DNA of 64,000 nucleotides from Pseudobdellovibrionaceae bacterium (GTDB lineage: Bacteria > Bdellovibrionota > FAC87 > UBA2466 > JACKAF01), in the NCBI GenBank assembly GCA_020635235.1, contig JACKAF010000003.1, positions 76,051 through 140,050 on the forward strand. The letters run 5' to 3'. The notes beneath the pieces were generated by a model, which worked only from the letters and a program-made list of their open reading frames with translations, was not told the DNA's origin and did not search any database. This document shows positions 36,318 through 46,011 of the stretch, in pieces. Made by a program: the position numbers and the translations under genes. Positions within the stretch are counted from its first letter, which is position 1. Each line of letters starts with the position of its first letter.

Positions 36318-36923
36318 ATGATTAGAATCTTTATCCTTTCTCTTTTTCTTTTACCGGCTAGTGGCCTTGCGGCCAACTTTTCCGACAAAGAGCCTATTGA
36401 GTTAAAAAAGTACCTTGGCCTGTGGTACGAACTGGCGCGTACCCCAAACGACAACCAAGACAATACTCCAACCATTGATGGAAAAAAGTTTTCGATTTGC
36501 TACGAGACCACCGCGACCTACTCCAGTGGAGACGAAGGCTACGTGAACATACGAAACGTGTGCAACCGTTATGCGGAAGATGGCACACGCTTTGAGGATG
36601 CCATTACAGGTGCCGCGAAGATTTTTGAGGATCCCACGCAAAGAAAACTAGGAATTGCTTTTGGATCCGGATTCGCGCAGTTTTTTCAGCGCCTGATTTC
36701 CGGAGGGGGATTTGACTACTGGATTTATCAAGTTGGGCCCGAGACTCCCGAAGGGCTCTATAGCTGGGCCTTGGTAAGTGGGGAATCACGCAATTACCTT
36801 TTTGTACTTGGGCGCACCCCCACATTAAGCGCCGGCGAAAAAGCGAAGATCCTTAAGGCGGCTGAGGAAGAGGGCCTACCCGTTTCGAAACTGGTCTTTG
36901 TTCAGCAATATCCAAAAAAATAA
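36318..36923 (+). CDS. blc: bacterial lipocalin (Blc-like)
   Basis: Signal peptide plus the lipocalin signature YLGLWYELARTPN. Confidence 0.8.
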   Translation: MIRIFILSLFLLPASGLAANFSDKEPIELKKYLGLWYELARTPNDNQDNTPTIDGKKFSICYETTATYSSGDEGYVNIRNVCNRYAEDGTRFEDAITGAAKIFEDPTQRKLGIAFGSGFAQFFQRLISGGGFDYWIYQVGPETPEGLYSWALVSGESRNYLFVLGRTPTLSAGEKAKILKAAEEEGLPVSKLVFVQQYPKK

Positions 36924-37024
36924 CCACACTCTGCTAGTGTTTTGGCTCCGCAACAAAAAGCTAGGGACCGGGTTTACGACGTGATTCAACGCGTGGCACC
37001 TTAGAGGAAATCTTGGGAGTGCAT

Positions 37025-38533
37025 ATGCTTGTTCGAAAGTCGTTTCTGGCTTGGGCTTTTTCTCTCTTTTTCTTGTTGCAGTTACCGGGTCTCTCCGCTG
37101 AAAAACCGGAAAAGTGTGAACTTGCTGTCATTGGTGGGGGGCCGGCGGGTGTGTACCTGAGCTACCGTTTGGCGGATAGCTATGGGCGCGGCCTCTGCTT
37201 GTTTGAGATAAGTGACCACCTGGGTGGCCGTATGACGGACGAGGAGCTTGGCGGTGCTTTCGTAGGTACCGGCGCACGCCGGGTCAATGAAAAGCAAGAC
37301 TATGTGATTGAATTGGCTAGGGAGCTTGGCGTGACCTTGGAAGCCGTTCCCCAGCGAAGCCAATTGATTTTTTACAAAGGTGTTCATGGCTACGCCTCTA
37401 AGGACTTCGTTGCGCTCTACCCTCGACTAAAGGCATTTGGTCCACTTGATGACGATCCGAATACCGCACTGGACGACGAGTTGTGGTCGCTCCTGTCGAG
37501 CTCCATTAAGCAGGATCCAGAACTTGGTAAGAAGTATCCGCTCCTCAACGACTATATCCTGCACGTTTTTGAAGCGCGGTTTAAGGACAGAAACACAGCC
37601 GAGGACGCCTTTTCTTACTTCCGGGGAATGAACCGATTTCAGGCCGAGTTCAAACTTCCAACTGCGACAGCCAACTACTTCGAATACATTGAGAAGGAAA
37701 ACGAAACGGGTCCCGAAAATTTCTACCCTAAGGGCGGCATGCACACATTCGTAAAACGAATGGACGAAGCTGTTCACGACAAGATCCGCATTTTTCTGAA
37801 AGAAGGACTTAAACAGCTTGAGAAAGCGCCGGAAGGTTATGAGCTAAGAACTACCGCCGGTAATGTGTTCGTGGCCGGCAAAGTGGTTTTGGCCATTCCC
37901 AAGGTTAGCTTGAGTAAGGTCGGAGGGGGATTGATAGCGGAGATTCGAAAGGCCCCGCAATTTGAGAGTATCCTCCCCGTTCCCATTGTGGTTATTAACC
38001 AATTATGGAAAGACGCGTGGTGGGAAAAGGCAAAGGATCCAAACAATACCAGCGCTTCAGGGCAGGTGTGGCGTGCGTGGAGCAGCGACTCGTGCGTGAA
38101 TCACGTTGAAATTCCTCAGGAGGCCTACCTTTCCGAAAGAGAGAAAAAACCAACGCGTTCGGTTTACAGTGATGATCCTAACTGTAATGCGCTTTGGACC
38201 AAACTTTTTTATGAAAAGGGAATTGCTGGCGTTGAAGAGGAAGTCGTAAAAGGGCTTCAGGAAGTCTTCAATCATCCAAAACACCCACTCAAAGTTCCAA
38301 AACCACTCGCGACGACGTTTCACTACTGGCCCGCTGGTTGGTACTATGCCCACAAGAACTCCAAGTATAGCAACGCCGAGATTGCCGAGTGGTCGCGTCA
38401 ACCGCTTAAAGATCACCCAGATTTGATGCTCGTCGGGGAAGGTTATTGGCTCGATAGACCAGGTTGGAGCGAGGGTGCCTATTTTTCTGCCGATGCGCTA
38501 ATAGAGTCTCGAAAACTGAAAAGGCAAAAGTAG
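37025..38533 (+). CDS. secreted FAD-dependent oxidoreductase (amine-oxidase-like)
   Basis: Signal peptide and dinucleotide-binding motif AVIGGGPAGVYLSYRL...FEISDHLGGR. Confidence 0.65.
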   Translation: MLVRKSFLAWAFSLFFLLQLPGLSAEKPEKCELAVIGGGPAGVYLSYRLADSYGRGLCLFEISDHLGGRMTDEELGGAFVGTGARRVNEKQDYVIELARELGVTLEAVPQRSQLIFYKGVHGYASKDFVALYPRLKAFGPLDDDPNTALDDELWSLLSSSIKQDPELGKKYPLLNDYILHVFEARFKDRNTAEDAFSYFRGMNRFQAEFKLPTATANYFEYIEKENETGPENFYPKGGMHTFVKRMDEAVHDKIRIFLKEGLKQLEKAPEGYELRTTAGNVFVAGKVVLAIPKVSLSKVGGGLIAEIRKAPQFESILPVPIVVINQLWKDAWWEKAKDPNNTSASGQVWRAWSSDSCVNHVEIPQEAYLSEREKKPTRSVYSDDPNCNALWTKLFYEKGIAGVEEEVVKGLQEVFNHPKHPLKVPKPLATTFHYWPAGWYYAHKNSKYSNAEIAEWSRQPLKDHPDLMLVGEGYWLDRPGWSEGAYFSADALIESRKLKRQK

Positions 38534-38543
38534 CCGATCCGTA

Positions 38544-39197
38544 CTACAGTTTTTCCAAGATATAGACCGTCTCCTTCGATTGAACCGCCGCCAGTTTGGG
38601 TTCTTTTGCGAGACGGGTTTCGATCGTTTTGATCGAAAATCTTTGCGAATATAGGGTTTCAATGTCTTTGGTAGACACACTAAACGGCGGCCCTTCCATC
38701 TTGCTTTGATCATAGTCAAAGGAGATGAGGAGTTGTTTGCCTCCTGGTTTTAGCGCGGCCGTCAGCTTATCCACATAGCTTCTACGCATTTCTTTGGGAA
38801 GCGCGACAAGGGCGGCTCTGTCATAAATGAAATCGTACTGCTCTATTTCAGCGAACTCGAAAAAGTCTCCACAACTGAGTTCGAGGTCTCCCGAGACGTA
38901 GTCCGTAAACACTCCCCTCTTTTTGGGTTCGGGTTTGGGTAGCGTATTCTCATCAAAGAAGGCCTCTATCGCCTTTTCATACAGCTCAAAACCGTGAACC
39001 TTCAGTCCCGCCTGACGTAGCCAGAGAAGGTCCAGGCTTTTCCCGCACAGCGGGACCAGGACTCTCTGACCAGGCTGTGCACCCAACTTACTCCAGTACT
39101 TCACCAGAAATTCGTGAAAGTCTTTTTGGTGAAAGGCTGTACTGCCTTCCTCCCACCGCTCTATCCAAAACTTAGGTTCCATGTTTGAATTGTACAA
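38544..39197 (-). CDS. tpm: thiopurine S-methyltransferase family protein
   Basis: FWIERWEEGSTAFHQ and VLVPLCGKSLDLLWL are typical TPMT motifs. Confidence 0.8.
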   Translation of the reverse strand: MYNSNMEPKFWIERWEEGSTAFHQKDFHEFLVKYWSKLGAQPGQRVLVPLCGKSLDLLWLRQAGLKVHGFELYEKAIEAFFDENTLPKPEPKKRGVFTDYVSGDLELSCGDFFEFAEIEQYDFIYDRAALVALPKEMRRSYVDKLTAALKPGGKQLLISFDYDQSKMEGPPFSVSTKDIETLYSQRFSIKTIETRLAKEPKLAAVQSKETVYILEKL

Positions 39198-39254
39198 GAT
39201 AACGCCGATTACTACCTGCCGGCAATCGCCCCTTGGACTAACGGAGGAAAACCC

Positions 39255-39476
39255 ATGATGGAACTGCTCTCGCGGTTACCTTGGAAACTCATCATCCTGC
39301 TGTGCCTGACCTTGGGACTCGCCCCTTTCAGGCCGCCCCATATCGTTGAAAAACTCGGTATGCTCTTTCGCGGCGAGCTTAGCCGTCCCATCGACTGGTT
39401 CGACCTGTTCTTGCACGGGACTCCTTGGATCTTGCTGTTCTTGAAGGCTGTAACGGCAATAAAGAAGAATGGGTGA
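39255..39476 (+). CDS. small membrane protein, unknown function
   Basis: GGAGG lies upstream of the ATG. 73 aa with two hydrophobic spans. Confidence 0.5.
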   Translation: MMELLSRLPWKLIILLCLTLGLAPFRPPHIVEKLGMLFRGELSRPIDWFDLFLHGTPWILLFLKAVTAIKKNG

Positions 39477-39481
39477 GAAAG

Positions 39482-39554
39482 TGGAGGCGAGGGGGATCGA
39501 ACCCCTGACCCCTAGCTTGCAAAGCTAGTGCTCTCCCAGCTGAGCTACGCCCCC
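39482..39554 (-). tRNA. tRNA-Ala (anticodon TGC)
   Basis: Reverse complement GGGGGCGTAGCTCAGCTGGGAGAGCACTAGCTTTGCAAGCTAGGGGTCAGGGGTTCGATCCCCCTCGCCTCCA folds as a cloverleaf with a G3:U70 pair. No encoded CCA. Confidence 0.9.
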
Positions 39555-39683
39555 ACAGTGAGTCTCCCTGCTCACGAGAAACAGAGATACTTAAGTGGTT
39601 CCCATTAGTTAATTCAGGCAAGCCTCTTTGTCCAGCTTTGTTGCTTCCAGTGGAGGGCACTTTGTGCTATCTCCGGCAGGGTC

Positions 39684-40541
39684 ATGAGACAGATACTCGG
39701 CTCTTTGGGCTTGTTTTTTGTAGTGGTTGGCGCCTTCGGGTGCCCGGATGGGGACGATTTTGCCCGGGCGGGCTTTTCCGAGGTGTATGCGCGCATCCAT
39801 GCGGCCACACTAGCGCGTCTTCAGGAGATGGATCCCAGGATTGTTGGGGTGCGCCCATTTGATGCCCAGGAGACGGTCGTCAAGGTAGAGATCGACTACG
39901 GCAACGAAAAAAAAGTTTTAGTGCACACCTATTTTATGGGCTTTGCCGACAAACACCTACTCTCCTACGACGTCCAGGTGGATGAAGGCTTCAGAGAGCG
40001 CGGCCTTTCCAAGCTCATGCTGGCCCACTTTCTTCTTACCCGCCCTGACGTGGCCCACGCGGAGGCTCAGCTTCTTGAAACCAGTGAAGTGGCTTTTCTT
40101 GTGGCCGTCCAAGAAAAAAGAACCGGAAGAGATCTTATAGATAGGGTGAAAAGAATCGACCCGAATGGGCCCGAGGTAACCGCCCTCCGAAGAAGCTTCA
40201 TACGTGCCAACATCCGTTTTAGCGAAGTCGATGATGTGGCTAAGACGAGAGAGAACATTTTGATCGCGGCGCTGGATAACCCACTCACCCACGCACAGAT
40301 CGCCGTCGGGATGGGCAGGCTAAAGCGTGTTATTGTCGCGATGCCGGACAACGAGGAGCGCAACCTCGACATCCGCCTCGAATTCGATCGGGGCGTCTTG
40401 GCGGAAGGGGATCATGGCAAAGTAGAAGTGATCCTTGCCGAACTTGGAAGCCACGAAACTATCCGTGGCCCCTCGGTACCCTTCTTGCGATTGCTACCAT
40501 CTGGACTCATCCAGCAGGGCATTGAACAGCTGCTCCGCTAA
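39684..40541 (+). CDS. hypothetical protein with lipoprotein-like signal
   Basis: MRQILGSLGLFFVVVGAFGC. The internal FRERGLSKLMLAHFL vaguely resembles GNAT motif A, which is not enough to call. Confidence 0.45.
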   Translation: MRQILGSLGLFFVVVGAFGCPDGDDFARAGFSEVYARIHAATLARLQEMDPRIVGVRPFDAQETVVKVEIDYGNEKKVLVHTYFMGFADKHLLSYDVQVDEGFRERGLSKLMLAHFLLTRPDVAHAEAQLLETSEVAFLVAVQEKRTGRDLIDRVKRIDPNGPEVTALRRSFIRANIRFSEVDDVAKTRENILIAALDNPLTHAQIAVGMGRLKRVIVAMPDNEERNLDIRLEFDRGVLAEGDHGKVEVILAELGSHETIRGPSVPFLRLLPSGLIQQGIEQLLR

Positions 40542-40559
40542 GGGCAGTTTCTGAAAAAC

Positions 40560-41699
40560 CTAATGGATGCCTAGAACTCTTCGTCCTATTTTTTGAAAAC
40601 GTCGTTCGACCACTTCGTAATATACAACCGACACCAGCAGATTCCCCGCGATGAAAAGCGCACCGGGCAGTAGCGGGCTAGCTACTAGAGCCCTGTGGTA
40701 GCTATCGGGTAAGAGTCTGTCGAGAACCATGTGAAAAATATAAAGGGCGTAGCTTGCGTTGCCTAAGACGACGAGTGGTCGAGAGCCAAAAAATCTGGCC
40801 AGGACGGTATCCGGAAACATCGAGACCATCAACAATAGAATTGCCGCCAAAGGGGCCATCAGGCCGTTGTGAAGAAGAAAATACGGGATTTGTGGACTCA
40901 CCGAGCAGATGCCCACGATTAAGCCTGCGGAAAGCCATTGAAGAGCGCTGCCAATACGTTCTGAGAAAAAGGCGAGCTCTGTTCTTAATGTCAAAAAGCG
41001 GCTTGCAAGCAGACCAATCAGGAACTCGTGAAGATGCATCACCGGAAAGAACTTTACGAATTCTGTGGAGAAGTCGCCCAGCGTGGAATTTGCCGCAAGA
41101 TATTCGCTGAGCGGTTTATTATGAAGGAAAACCAGAGTTTCGCTGAGTCCGAGACAATAGAGAACAAGTATCAAAAGAACGATTCGCCCCGGCCTTTGCA
41201 CGCGAAGCACCGATCCCGCAACAAAAGGGAATAGCATGTAAAAGAACGCTTCTACCGACAGGGACCAGGCCGGTGGATTCCAAAGCATGGCGATTGGAGG
41301 GTACCAGCTCTGGCCTAGAGCGAGGGCCAAGCTTGCGCCGCCAAAGGCCCTAGGATTGAATGCACCGGATGAAAGCTGGAACCAAATGAAGGCTACGAGT
41401 CCGGGAAGGATACTGATGAAGTAGCTCGGGTAGATGCGCAGCAGACGTGCCTTCCAAAACCGTCGGCGCGCCTTCGGAAGCGGTAGCTGCCCCAAATAGG
41501 AGTAGCCAATCACAAAGCCTGAAAGCACGAAAAAAAAACTGACGCCCGTGTAGCCGGCGCCTACCCAATTTCGCAGCCATTCATTCTCCACCAATTTTCC
41601 TGCCTGGAAAGTGTGGAATGCTATGACATGAAAAGCCGCAAAAAAACGTAGGCCGGAAACGGCTCTCAGAAAAGGCCTAACGGTAGATGCTCCCAACAT
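40560..41699 (-). CDS. acyltransferase family 3 (OafA-like O-acyltransferase)
   Basis: About 10 TM spans, with FAAFHVIAFH and GVSFFFVLSGFVI motifs. Confidence 0.8.
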   Translation of the reverse strand: MLGASTVRPFLRAVSGLRFFAAFHVIAFHTFQAGKLVENEWLRNWVGAGYTGVSFFFVLSGFVIGYSYLGQLPLPKARRRFWKARLLRIYPSYFISILPGLVAFIWFQLSSGAFNPRAFGGASLALALGQSWYPPIAMLWNPPAWSLSVEAFFYMLFPFVAGSVLRVQRPGRIVLLILVLYCLGLSETLVFLHNKPLSEYLAANSTLGDFSTEFVKFFPVMHLHEFLIGLLASRFLTLRTELAFFSERIGSALQWLSAGLIVGICSVSPQIPYFLLHNGLMAPLAAILLLMVSMFPDTVLARFFGSRPLVVLGNASYALYIFHMVLDRLLPDSYHRALVASPLLPGALFIAGNLLVSVVYYEVVERRFQKIGRRVLGIH

Positions 41700-41766
41700 A
41701 AGTATCCGTAAGCTCGAAAAGAGTAGAGTGTTTTTATTGTACTTGCTACGGTGCTGGGGCGAAACA

Positions 41767-42048
41767 CTATTCCACAGGTTTCGTGCTGGGTCCTTCGTCT
41801 TCCAAAGAAGTGATGAACTTCAGAGTTTCCTCGGGGCTCAACTCTAAACCCAGAACAATCCGGCGCACGGACGAAATGGAAAGAGCGGTTTTTCCGGACA
41901 TGATTCTGGAGAGTGACGCCGCACTGAGCTCCAAATCCCGGGCCAAGGCTCGCAAGGAATAGTGCGGGTTCCTCTCTTTGCGACGACCTAGCTCCTGCAT
42001 CAATACCATTCGATAGAATTTATTTTCTTTTTCCACCTTTAGCTCCAA
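41767..42048 (-). CDS. short HTH DNA-binding protein (resembles only the N-terminal HTH of longer TIGR02147-like proteins)
   Basis: YSLRALARDLELSAASLSRIMSGKTALSISSVRRIVLGLELSPEE is a helix-turn-helix pattern; 93 aa. Confidence 0.55.
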   Translation of the reverse strand: MELKVEKENKFYRMVLMQELGRRKERNPHYSLRALARDLELSAASLSRIMSGKTALSISSVRRIVLGLELSPEETLKFITSLEDEGPSTKPVE

Positions 42049-42148
42049 CTTCTGCCGCCTGCCCAGTCTCCAGTATAGCTAGCGTCTGTTGCATTTAAAC
42101 ACCCATGGAGTTGTCGCGAAAGATAGTATTCGGGCTGTCTTCGGCTTT

Positions 42149-42216
42149 GTTACAAAACCGAAAGTGCTAGTTACAACTCAGAAACAAAGTCGCGGGAGTT
42201 GTTACGATTCGGAAAC
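42149..42216. repeat. three direct 16-bp repeats GTTACrAnnCrGAAAs upstream of the HTH gene (candidate operator array)
   Basis: GTTACAAAACCGAAAG (42149), GTTACAACTCAGAAAC (42170) and GTTACGATTCGGAAAC (42201). Start-to-start spacing is 21 and 31 bp. Confidence 0.5.
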
Positions 42217-42223
42217 AAATGGG

Positions 42224-42259
42224 ATAGAAAAAAAGGAAAGGGGCGGCCTTAGCCGCCCC
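42224..42259 (-). terminator. intrinsic terminator of the 42268..42792 gene
   Basis: Minus strand reads GGGGCGGC-taag-GCCGCCCC followed by TTTCCTTTTTTTCT. Confidence 0.65.
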
Positions 42260-42267
42260 GGAAGGAA

Positions 42268-42792
42268 TTAGTGACTGGAAACTGCTTGATGGGTCAATGC
42301 GTTTAGCTGACCGATCAATTGGTAGGCAATAAGCTTTAGGTGTTCTTGCTCAGGCGTTACGTGCAGATGCGCCCAGCAACCTCGCTGAGTCTGTACCTGA
42401 CGAAGTTCACCTGTGAATCCAATCTCCCGATCGTAGCCGGAACGCACAGAAAGATCTTCAGAGGGGCCCGGAGGTGCGATCATCATGCAAACAATATCCT
42501 GTCTTCGAATGTCTAGTTTGGCGTTGCTGAGTTGAATGCTTTCAAAAAGCATTTTTGTGTAGAGCTCATCGGTGAGCGAAACCCGGATAGTATCTTGGGT
42601 GATCACATCTTCTTGAAACAGGTTTGCGTTCTGCACCAAGTGAGTCGAGATGATGAGTTCGCGGTTGTCATCAAGCTGGGTGATGGCATAACGATCGTAA
42701 CTCAACTTTACAGGCAACTGGGCAATTGTCTGTGCGAAAACATTGTTGGAAAATCCGACTAGGATGAAGAGAGAAAAAACAAACTGCTTCAT
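42268..42792 (-). CDS. secreted hypothetical protein
   Basis: AGGAG lies upstream. Signal peptide MKQFVFSLFILVGFSNNVFA. Confidence 0.6.
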   Translation of the reverse strand: MKQFVFSLFILVGFSNNVFAQTIAQLPVKLSYDRYAITQLDDNRELIISTHLVQNANLFQEDVITQDTIRVSLTDELYTKMLFESIQLSNAKLDIRRQDIVCMMIAPPGPSEDLSVRSGYDREIGFTGELRQVQTQRGCWAHLHVTPEQEHLKLIAYQLIGQLNALTHQAVSSH

Positions 42793-43001
42793 GGCAAAAA
42801 CTCCTAAAAAATCTTGCCGCGTGTTTGCGGCTTGAGTCCTTTATAGGCCTGCTCGAACATAATCAAAAATTATTAGTTCTCATGTCGGGTGATTAATTTT
42901 TCTTCTGATATGTGGGACGAGTTTGGCACCGGTTCCAGATTGGCGGGGCCAAAACGCGCCGGGTCAAGTTCGTTTCGTGCGTGGCGATCGGGAATTTTCG
43001 T

Positions 43002-43017
43002 TGGCATCGTATTTGCT
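43002..43017 (+). promoter_or_regulatory. sigma-54 promoter for the 43068 gene
   Basis: TGGCAT-CGTAT-TTGCT with exact spacing, about 50 nt upstream of ATG 43068. Confidence 0.6.
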
Positions 43018-43067
43018 TTTTGGCCTATGCGTTCCCGCTAACGGGAAAAATTTTTAGGAGAACGAAA

Positions 43068-43577
43068 ATGAAGAAACTTGGATTACTAGCAATTAGCTTG
43101 AGCGTTTTGGCCAGTGCAACATCTTTTGGAATCTATGATCCCACTTGGGAGCGTCCGGTTCAGCGTGCTGGCTTGAATGAAGCCTTCACACACGAAGCTT
43201 TCGAGTATCCGGTCGCGAGCGAATTGACCTTGCACAAACGTGATGGACAGCGCAAGGCCACCGTTTTCTCTCTAACGGAAGATACAGGGATACGTTGCGT
43301 AATGGCGCCTTGCCCATCTTTCAAAACTTCACTCTTTCAGATCGTTGGCGTTCGTAGAGTTGATCGCCTTCGCGTCGAATACAAAGCAGTCGAACTGCCG
43401 CGCGTTGAAGACAATGGGAAAATCGTGAATGGCGGCCGTAGTTTGGATGTCGTCGACTTCGCTGGTTTTCAACAGCAGTGGAATGTACGCGTCAGAGGGA
43501 TCGAAGGCCGTAGCCGCAACTATGTCGGGTATCCCGAAGCGGTGGTTACCATTCAATCACTCGAAGCGGGCGAGTAA
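43068..43577 (+). CDS. secreted hypothetical protein
   Basis: ATG 43068 follows TAGGAG. Signal peptide MKKLGLLAISLSVLASATSFG. The longer ORF start at 42912 would include the promoter. Confidence 0.6.
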   Translation: MKKLGLLAISLSVLASATSFGIYDPTWERPVQRAGLNEAFTHEAFEYPVASELTLHKRDGQRKATVFSLTEDTGIRCVMAPCPSFKTSLFQIVGVRRVDRLRVEYKAVELPRVEDNGKIVNGGRSLDVVDFAGFQQQWNVRVRGIEGRSRNYVGYPEAVVTIQSLEAGE

Positions 43578-43594
43578 GTCTCTCGCGTTATTCC

Positions 43595-43630
43595 AAAAGC
43601 CGATCCTCTCTGCGAGGATCGGCTTTTTTC
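43595..43630. terminator. bidirectional intrinsic terminator between convergent genes
   Basis: AAAA-GCCGATCCTC-tctgc-GAGGATCGGC-TTTTTT. Confidence 0.7.
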
Positions 43631-43634
43631 TTTT

Positions 43635-44096
43635 CTAGGCGACCTTCTTTTTTCCGTGCATGTTACGCCGGAAAAGTTTCTCGTTGTGTGCGGTAGAGAC
43701 GACGGACAGTTGAGCCAGTTCATGAGCGAGCAACTCGAAAACGTCGGCCATGGATACCATGCCTACCGGTCTATTCTTCTTGTCGATTATTACTAAGCGG
43801 CGGATCTCCTTCTCTTTCATTTTCTCGGTGAGCTCGAGGATTGAAGCTTCTTCACTGATGGTTTGGACGGGAGAGGACATGATATCTTGGGCGCTAACGC
43901 CTTCGCAGTCGACTTCGTCGCTGAGACAGCGGACAACGAGGTCTCGATCGGTGATAAATCCGATGGCCTCGGGGCCCTCCATGACGACGACCGCACCGAC
44001 TTTTTCCTTCTTCATCAAACGGGCAATATCAGTCCCCGTTGCGGTAGGTTTGCAAGAGATTATCTCCAAATTTTCGACAAAGTTTTTCAAAGACAC
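43635..44096 (-). CDS. CBS-pair domain protein
   Basis: GTG 44096 follows AGGAGG. Two CBS repeats (VGAVVVMEG.EAIGFITDRDLV ; IRRLVIIDKKNRPVGMVSMADV). Confidence 0.75.
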   Translation of the reverse strand: MSLKNFVENLEIISCKPTATGTDIARLMKKEKVGAVVVMEGPEAIGFITDRDLVVRCLSDEVDCEGVSAQDIMSSPVQTISEEASILELTEKMKEKEIRRLVIIDKKNRPVGMVSMADVFELLAHELAQLSVVSTAHNEKLFRRNMHGKKKVA

Positions 44097-44133
44097 AGTA
44101 GACCTCCTAGAAAATGGTTCTAGGTCTTTAATT

Positions 44134-44149
44134 TGCAAACTTTGTACCG
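44134..44149 (-). promoter_or_regulatory. sigma-54 promoter candidate for the CBS gene
   Basis: Minus strand reads CGGTAC-AAAGT-TTGCA with exact spacing. The first T is replaced by C and the leader is short. Confidence 0.3.
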
Positions 44150-44261
44150 CCGCCAGAAAGAATATAGGCGTTCTGAAGGTTGATTCTGTCCTCGAACTGA
44201 TACAAAGCGCCTCAAAAAGTAACAACAACAATCCACTCTTCTGTGGATTAAGGTGGATTGT

Positions 44262-44528
44262 TTAGGGCGTTGATGTCTTCGGCTTGGTTTCTGTGATCGA
44301 TTTGGGCTTATCGGCAGGCATGGGTAGCGTGCCCAGGGCGAACCCCGCAATGAGACCCGCCAGAAAGGCGAAGAAAAGTAGGTAGAGTTTGGGGACTTCT
44401 AAAAAGGTCCAAAAAAGAACGCGTACGTTTGCGGGCTCCAAGTTTTGCAGGCCGATGATCAGGAGCATCAGGCACAGGAAAAGGATGGCTGTGAGTTTAG
44501 GGCCCAATAATTTGAAAAACTTCTTCAT
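44262..44528 (-). CDS. small membrane protein (LapA/DUF1049-like)
   Basis: Two TM spans (LTAILFLCLMLLIIGL ; LYLLFFAFLAGLIAGFALG). The start is uncertain. Confidence 0.45.
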   Translation of the reverse strand: MKKFFKLLGPKLTAILFLCLMLLIIGLQNLEPANVRVLFWTFLEVPKLYLLFFAFLAGLIAGFALGTLPMPADKPKSITETKPKTSTP

Positions 44529-44635
44529 AGATATGCGGCACACCGTATCACTGCCCGAGAGGCGGATCTACTGTTTTTGTATCGACCCAAGTTCTTGATG
44601 TTTGAGGGTTTTTCCCGCACTATGGGAGCTTGGCG

Positions 44636-45109
44636 ATGAAAAAGAAGAAAGAAAAACAGCTGATTGGCTGGCGCGAATGGATTGCGCTGCCCGACCTGGG
44701 GATCGAGAAGCTTAAGGTCAAGGTGGATTCCGGTGCCCGTACTTCAGCACTGCACGCCACCGACATCGAGTACTATGAGCGAGCGGGTCAGCCGATGGTG
44801 CGATTCAAGGTGTCCCCACTTCAGGACACTTCGCGGGGGCAAAAGCTCGTCCACGCCCATTTGGTCGGCAAGAAGGTGGTCAAGAGCTCCATCGGCATCA
44901 GCACACGACGCCCGACCATCCTGACAAGTGCTCGGATCGGCGAGCGGAAGTTTGAAATCCACGTCACCCTCATCAACCGCGACATGATGGGTTTCCGGAT
45001 GCTTTTGGGGAGAGAGGCCTTGCGCGGGCGGTTTTTGATTGATACTGAGCAATCATTCCTGCAGAACCCGGAGCGCAAGAAGAAGCTTCGAAAAAGAGGG
45101 TCCAAATGA
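44636..45109 (+). CDS. RimK-associated retropepsin-like protease (DUF785, 'ATP-dependent zinc protease')
   Basis: [32 protein letters not shown] is the DUF785 signature. It is directly coupled to rimK. Confidence 0.75.
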   Translation: MKKKKEKQLIGWREWIALPDLGIEKLKVKVDSGARTSALHATDIEYYERAGQPMVRFKVSPLQDTSRGQKLVHAHLVGKKVVKSSIGISTRRPTILTSARIGERKFEIHVTLINRDMMGFRMLLGREALRGRFLIDTEQSFLQNPERKKKLRKRGSK

Positions 45110-46011
45110 AGATTATCGTGATGTCCCGGAACCGGAACCTGTATTCCACGCGCCGGCTCGTGGAAGCCGGGGAGGTCCGAGGGCACGAGATGGTGGTGGT
45201 CGATCCGCTCAAGTGCTACATGAACATCACCTCCCACCGGCCGATGGTGCATTATAAAGACCTTACGTTGGAAAATGTGGACGCCGTCATTCCCCGCATC
45301 GGGGCTTCGGTTACCTTTTACGGAACGGCGGTTCTTAGGCAGTTTGAGATGATGGGAAGTTTTTCGCTAAATGAGTCGGTGGCGATTACGCGTTCCCGCG
45401 ATAAACTTCGTTCCCTACAAATTCTCGCAAAAAAAGGGATCGGCTTGCCGGTCACCGGCTTCGCACATTCCACGAAAATGACGGACGATCTGATCAAGAT
45501 GGTTGGCGGGGCGCCGCTTATCATCAAGTTGCTTGAAGGCACGCAGGGAAAAGGCGTCGTTTTGGCCGAAACTCATAAGGCGGCAGAAAGCGTAATTGAC
45601 GCGTTTAGGAACCTGAGTGCGCATTTTCTTGTGCAGGAGTTCATCAAAGAATCTGCGGCAACTGATATCCGAGCTTTTGTGATCGGCGACAAAGTCGTGG
45701 CGGCGATGAAGCGCACCGGCAAAGAAGGCGAGTTTCGGTCCAATTTGCACCGAGGGGGCACTGCTGAAGTCATCAAAATTTCTCCGGAAGAGCGCTCTAC
45801 GGCCATACGCGCTTGCAAAGGCATGGGGCTAAACGTTGCGGGCGTGGATATCATGCGCTCAAATCATGGGCCCCTCGTATTGGAAGTGAATTCCTCGCCG
45901 GGTCTAGAAGGCATAGAACGCGCCACCAAGAAAGACGTAGCCGGCATGATTGTAGGCTATTTGGAAAAAAATGCCGTACGGGGCAAAACCAAAACAAAAG
46001 GCAAGGGTTGA
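45106..46011 (+). CDS. rimK: ribosomal protein S6 / alpha-L-glutamate ligase RimK (ATP-grasp)
   Basis: [22 protein letters not shown]..., with ATP-grasp motifs and [18 protein letters not shown] overlap with the upstream gene. Confidence 0.9.
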   Translation: MKIIVMSRNRNLYSTRRLVEAGEVRGHEMVVVDPLKCYMNITSHRPMVHYKDLTLENVDAVIPRIGASVTFYGTAVLRQFEMMGSFSLNESVAITRSRDKLRSLQILAKKGIGLPVTGFAHSTKMTDDLIKMVGGAPLIIKLLEGTQGKGVVLAETHKAAESVIDAFRNLSAHFLVQEFIKESAATDIRAFVIGDKVVAAMKRTGKEGEFRSNLHRGGTAEVIKISPEERSTAIRACKGMGLNVAGVDIMRSNHGPLVLEVNSSPGLEGIERATKKDVAGMIVGYLEKNAVRGKTKTKGKG

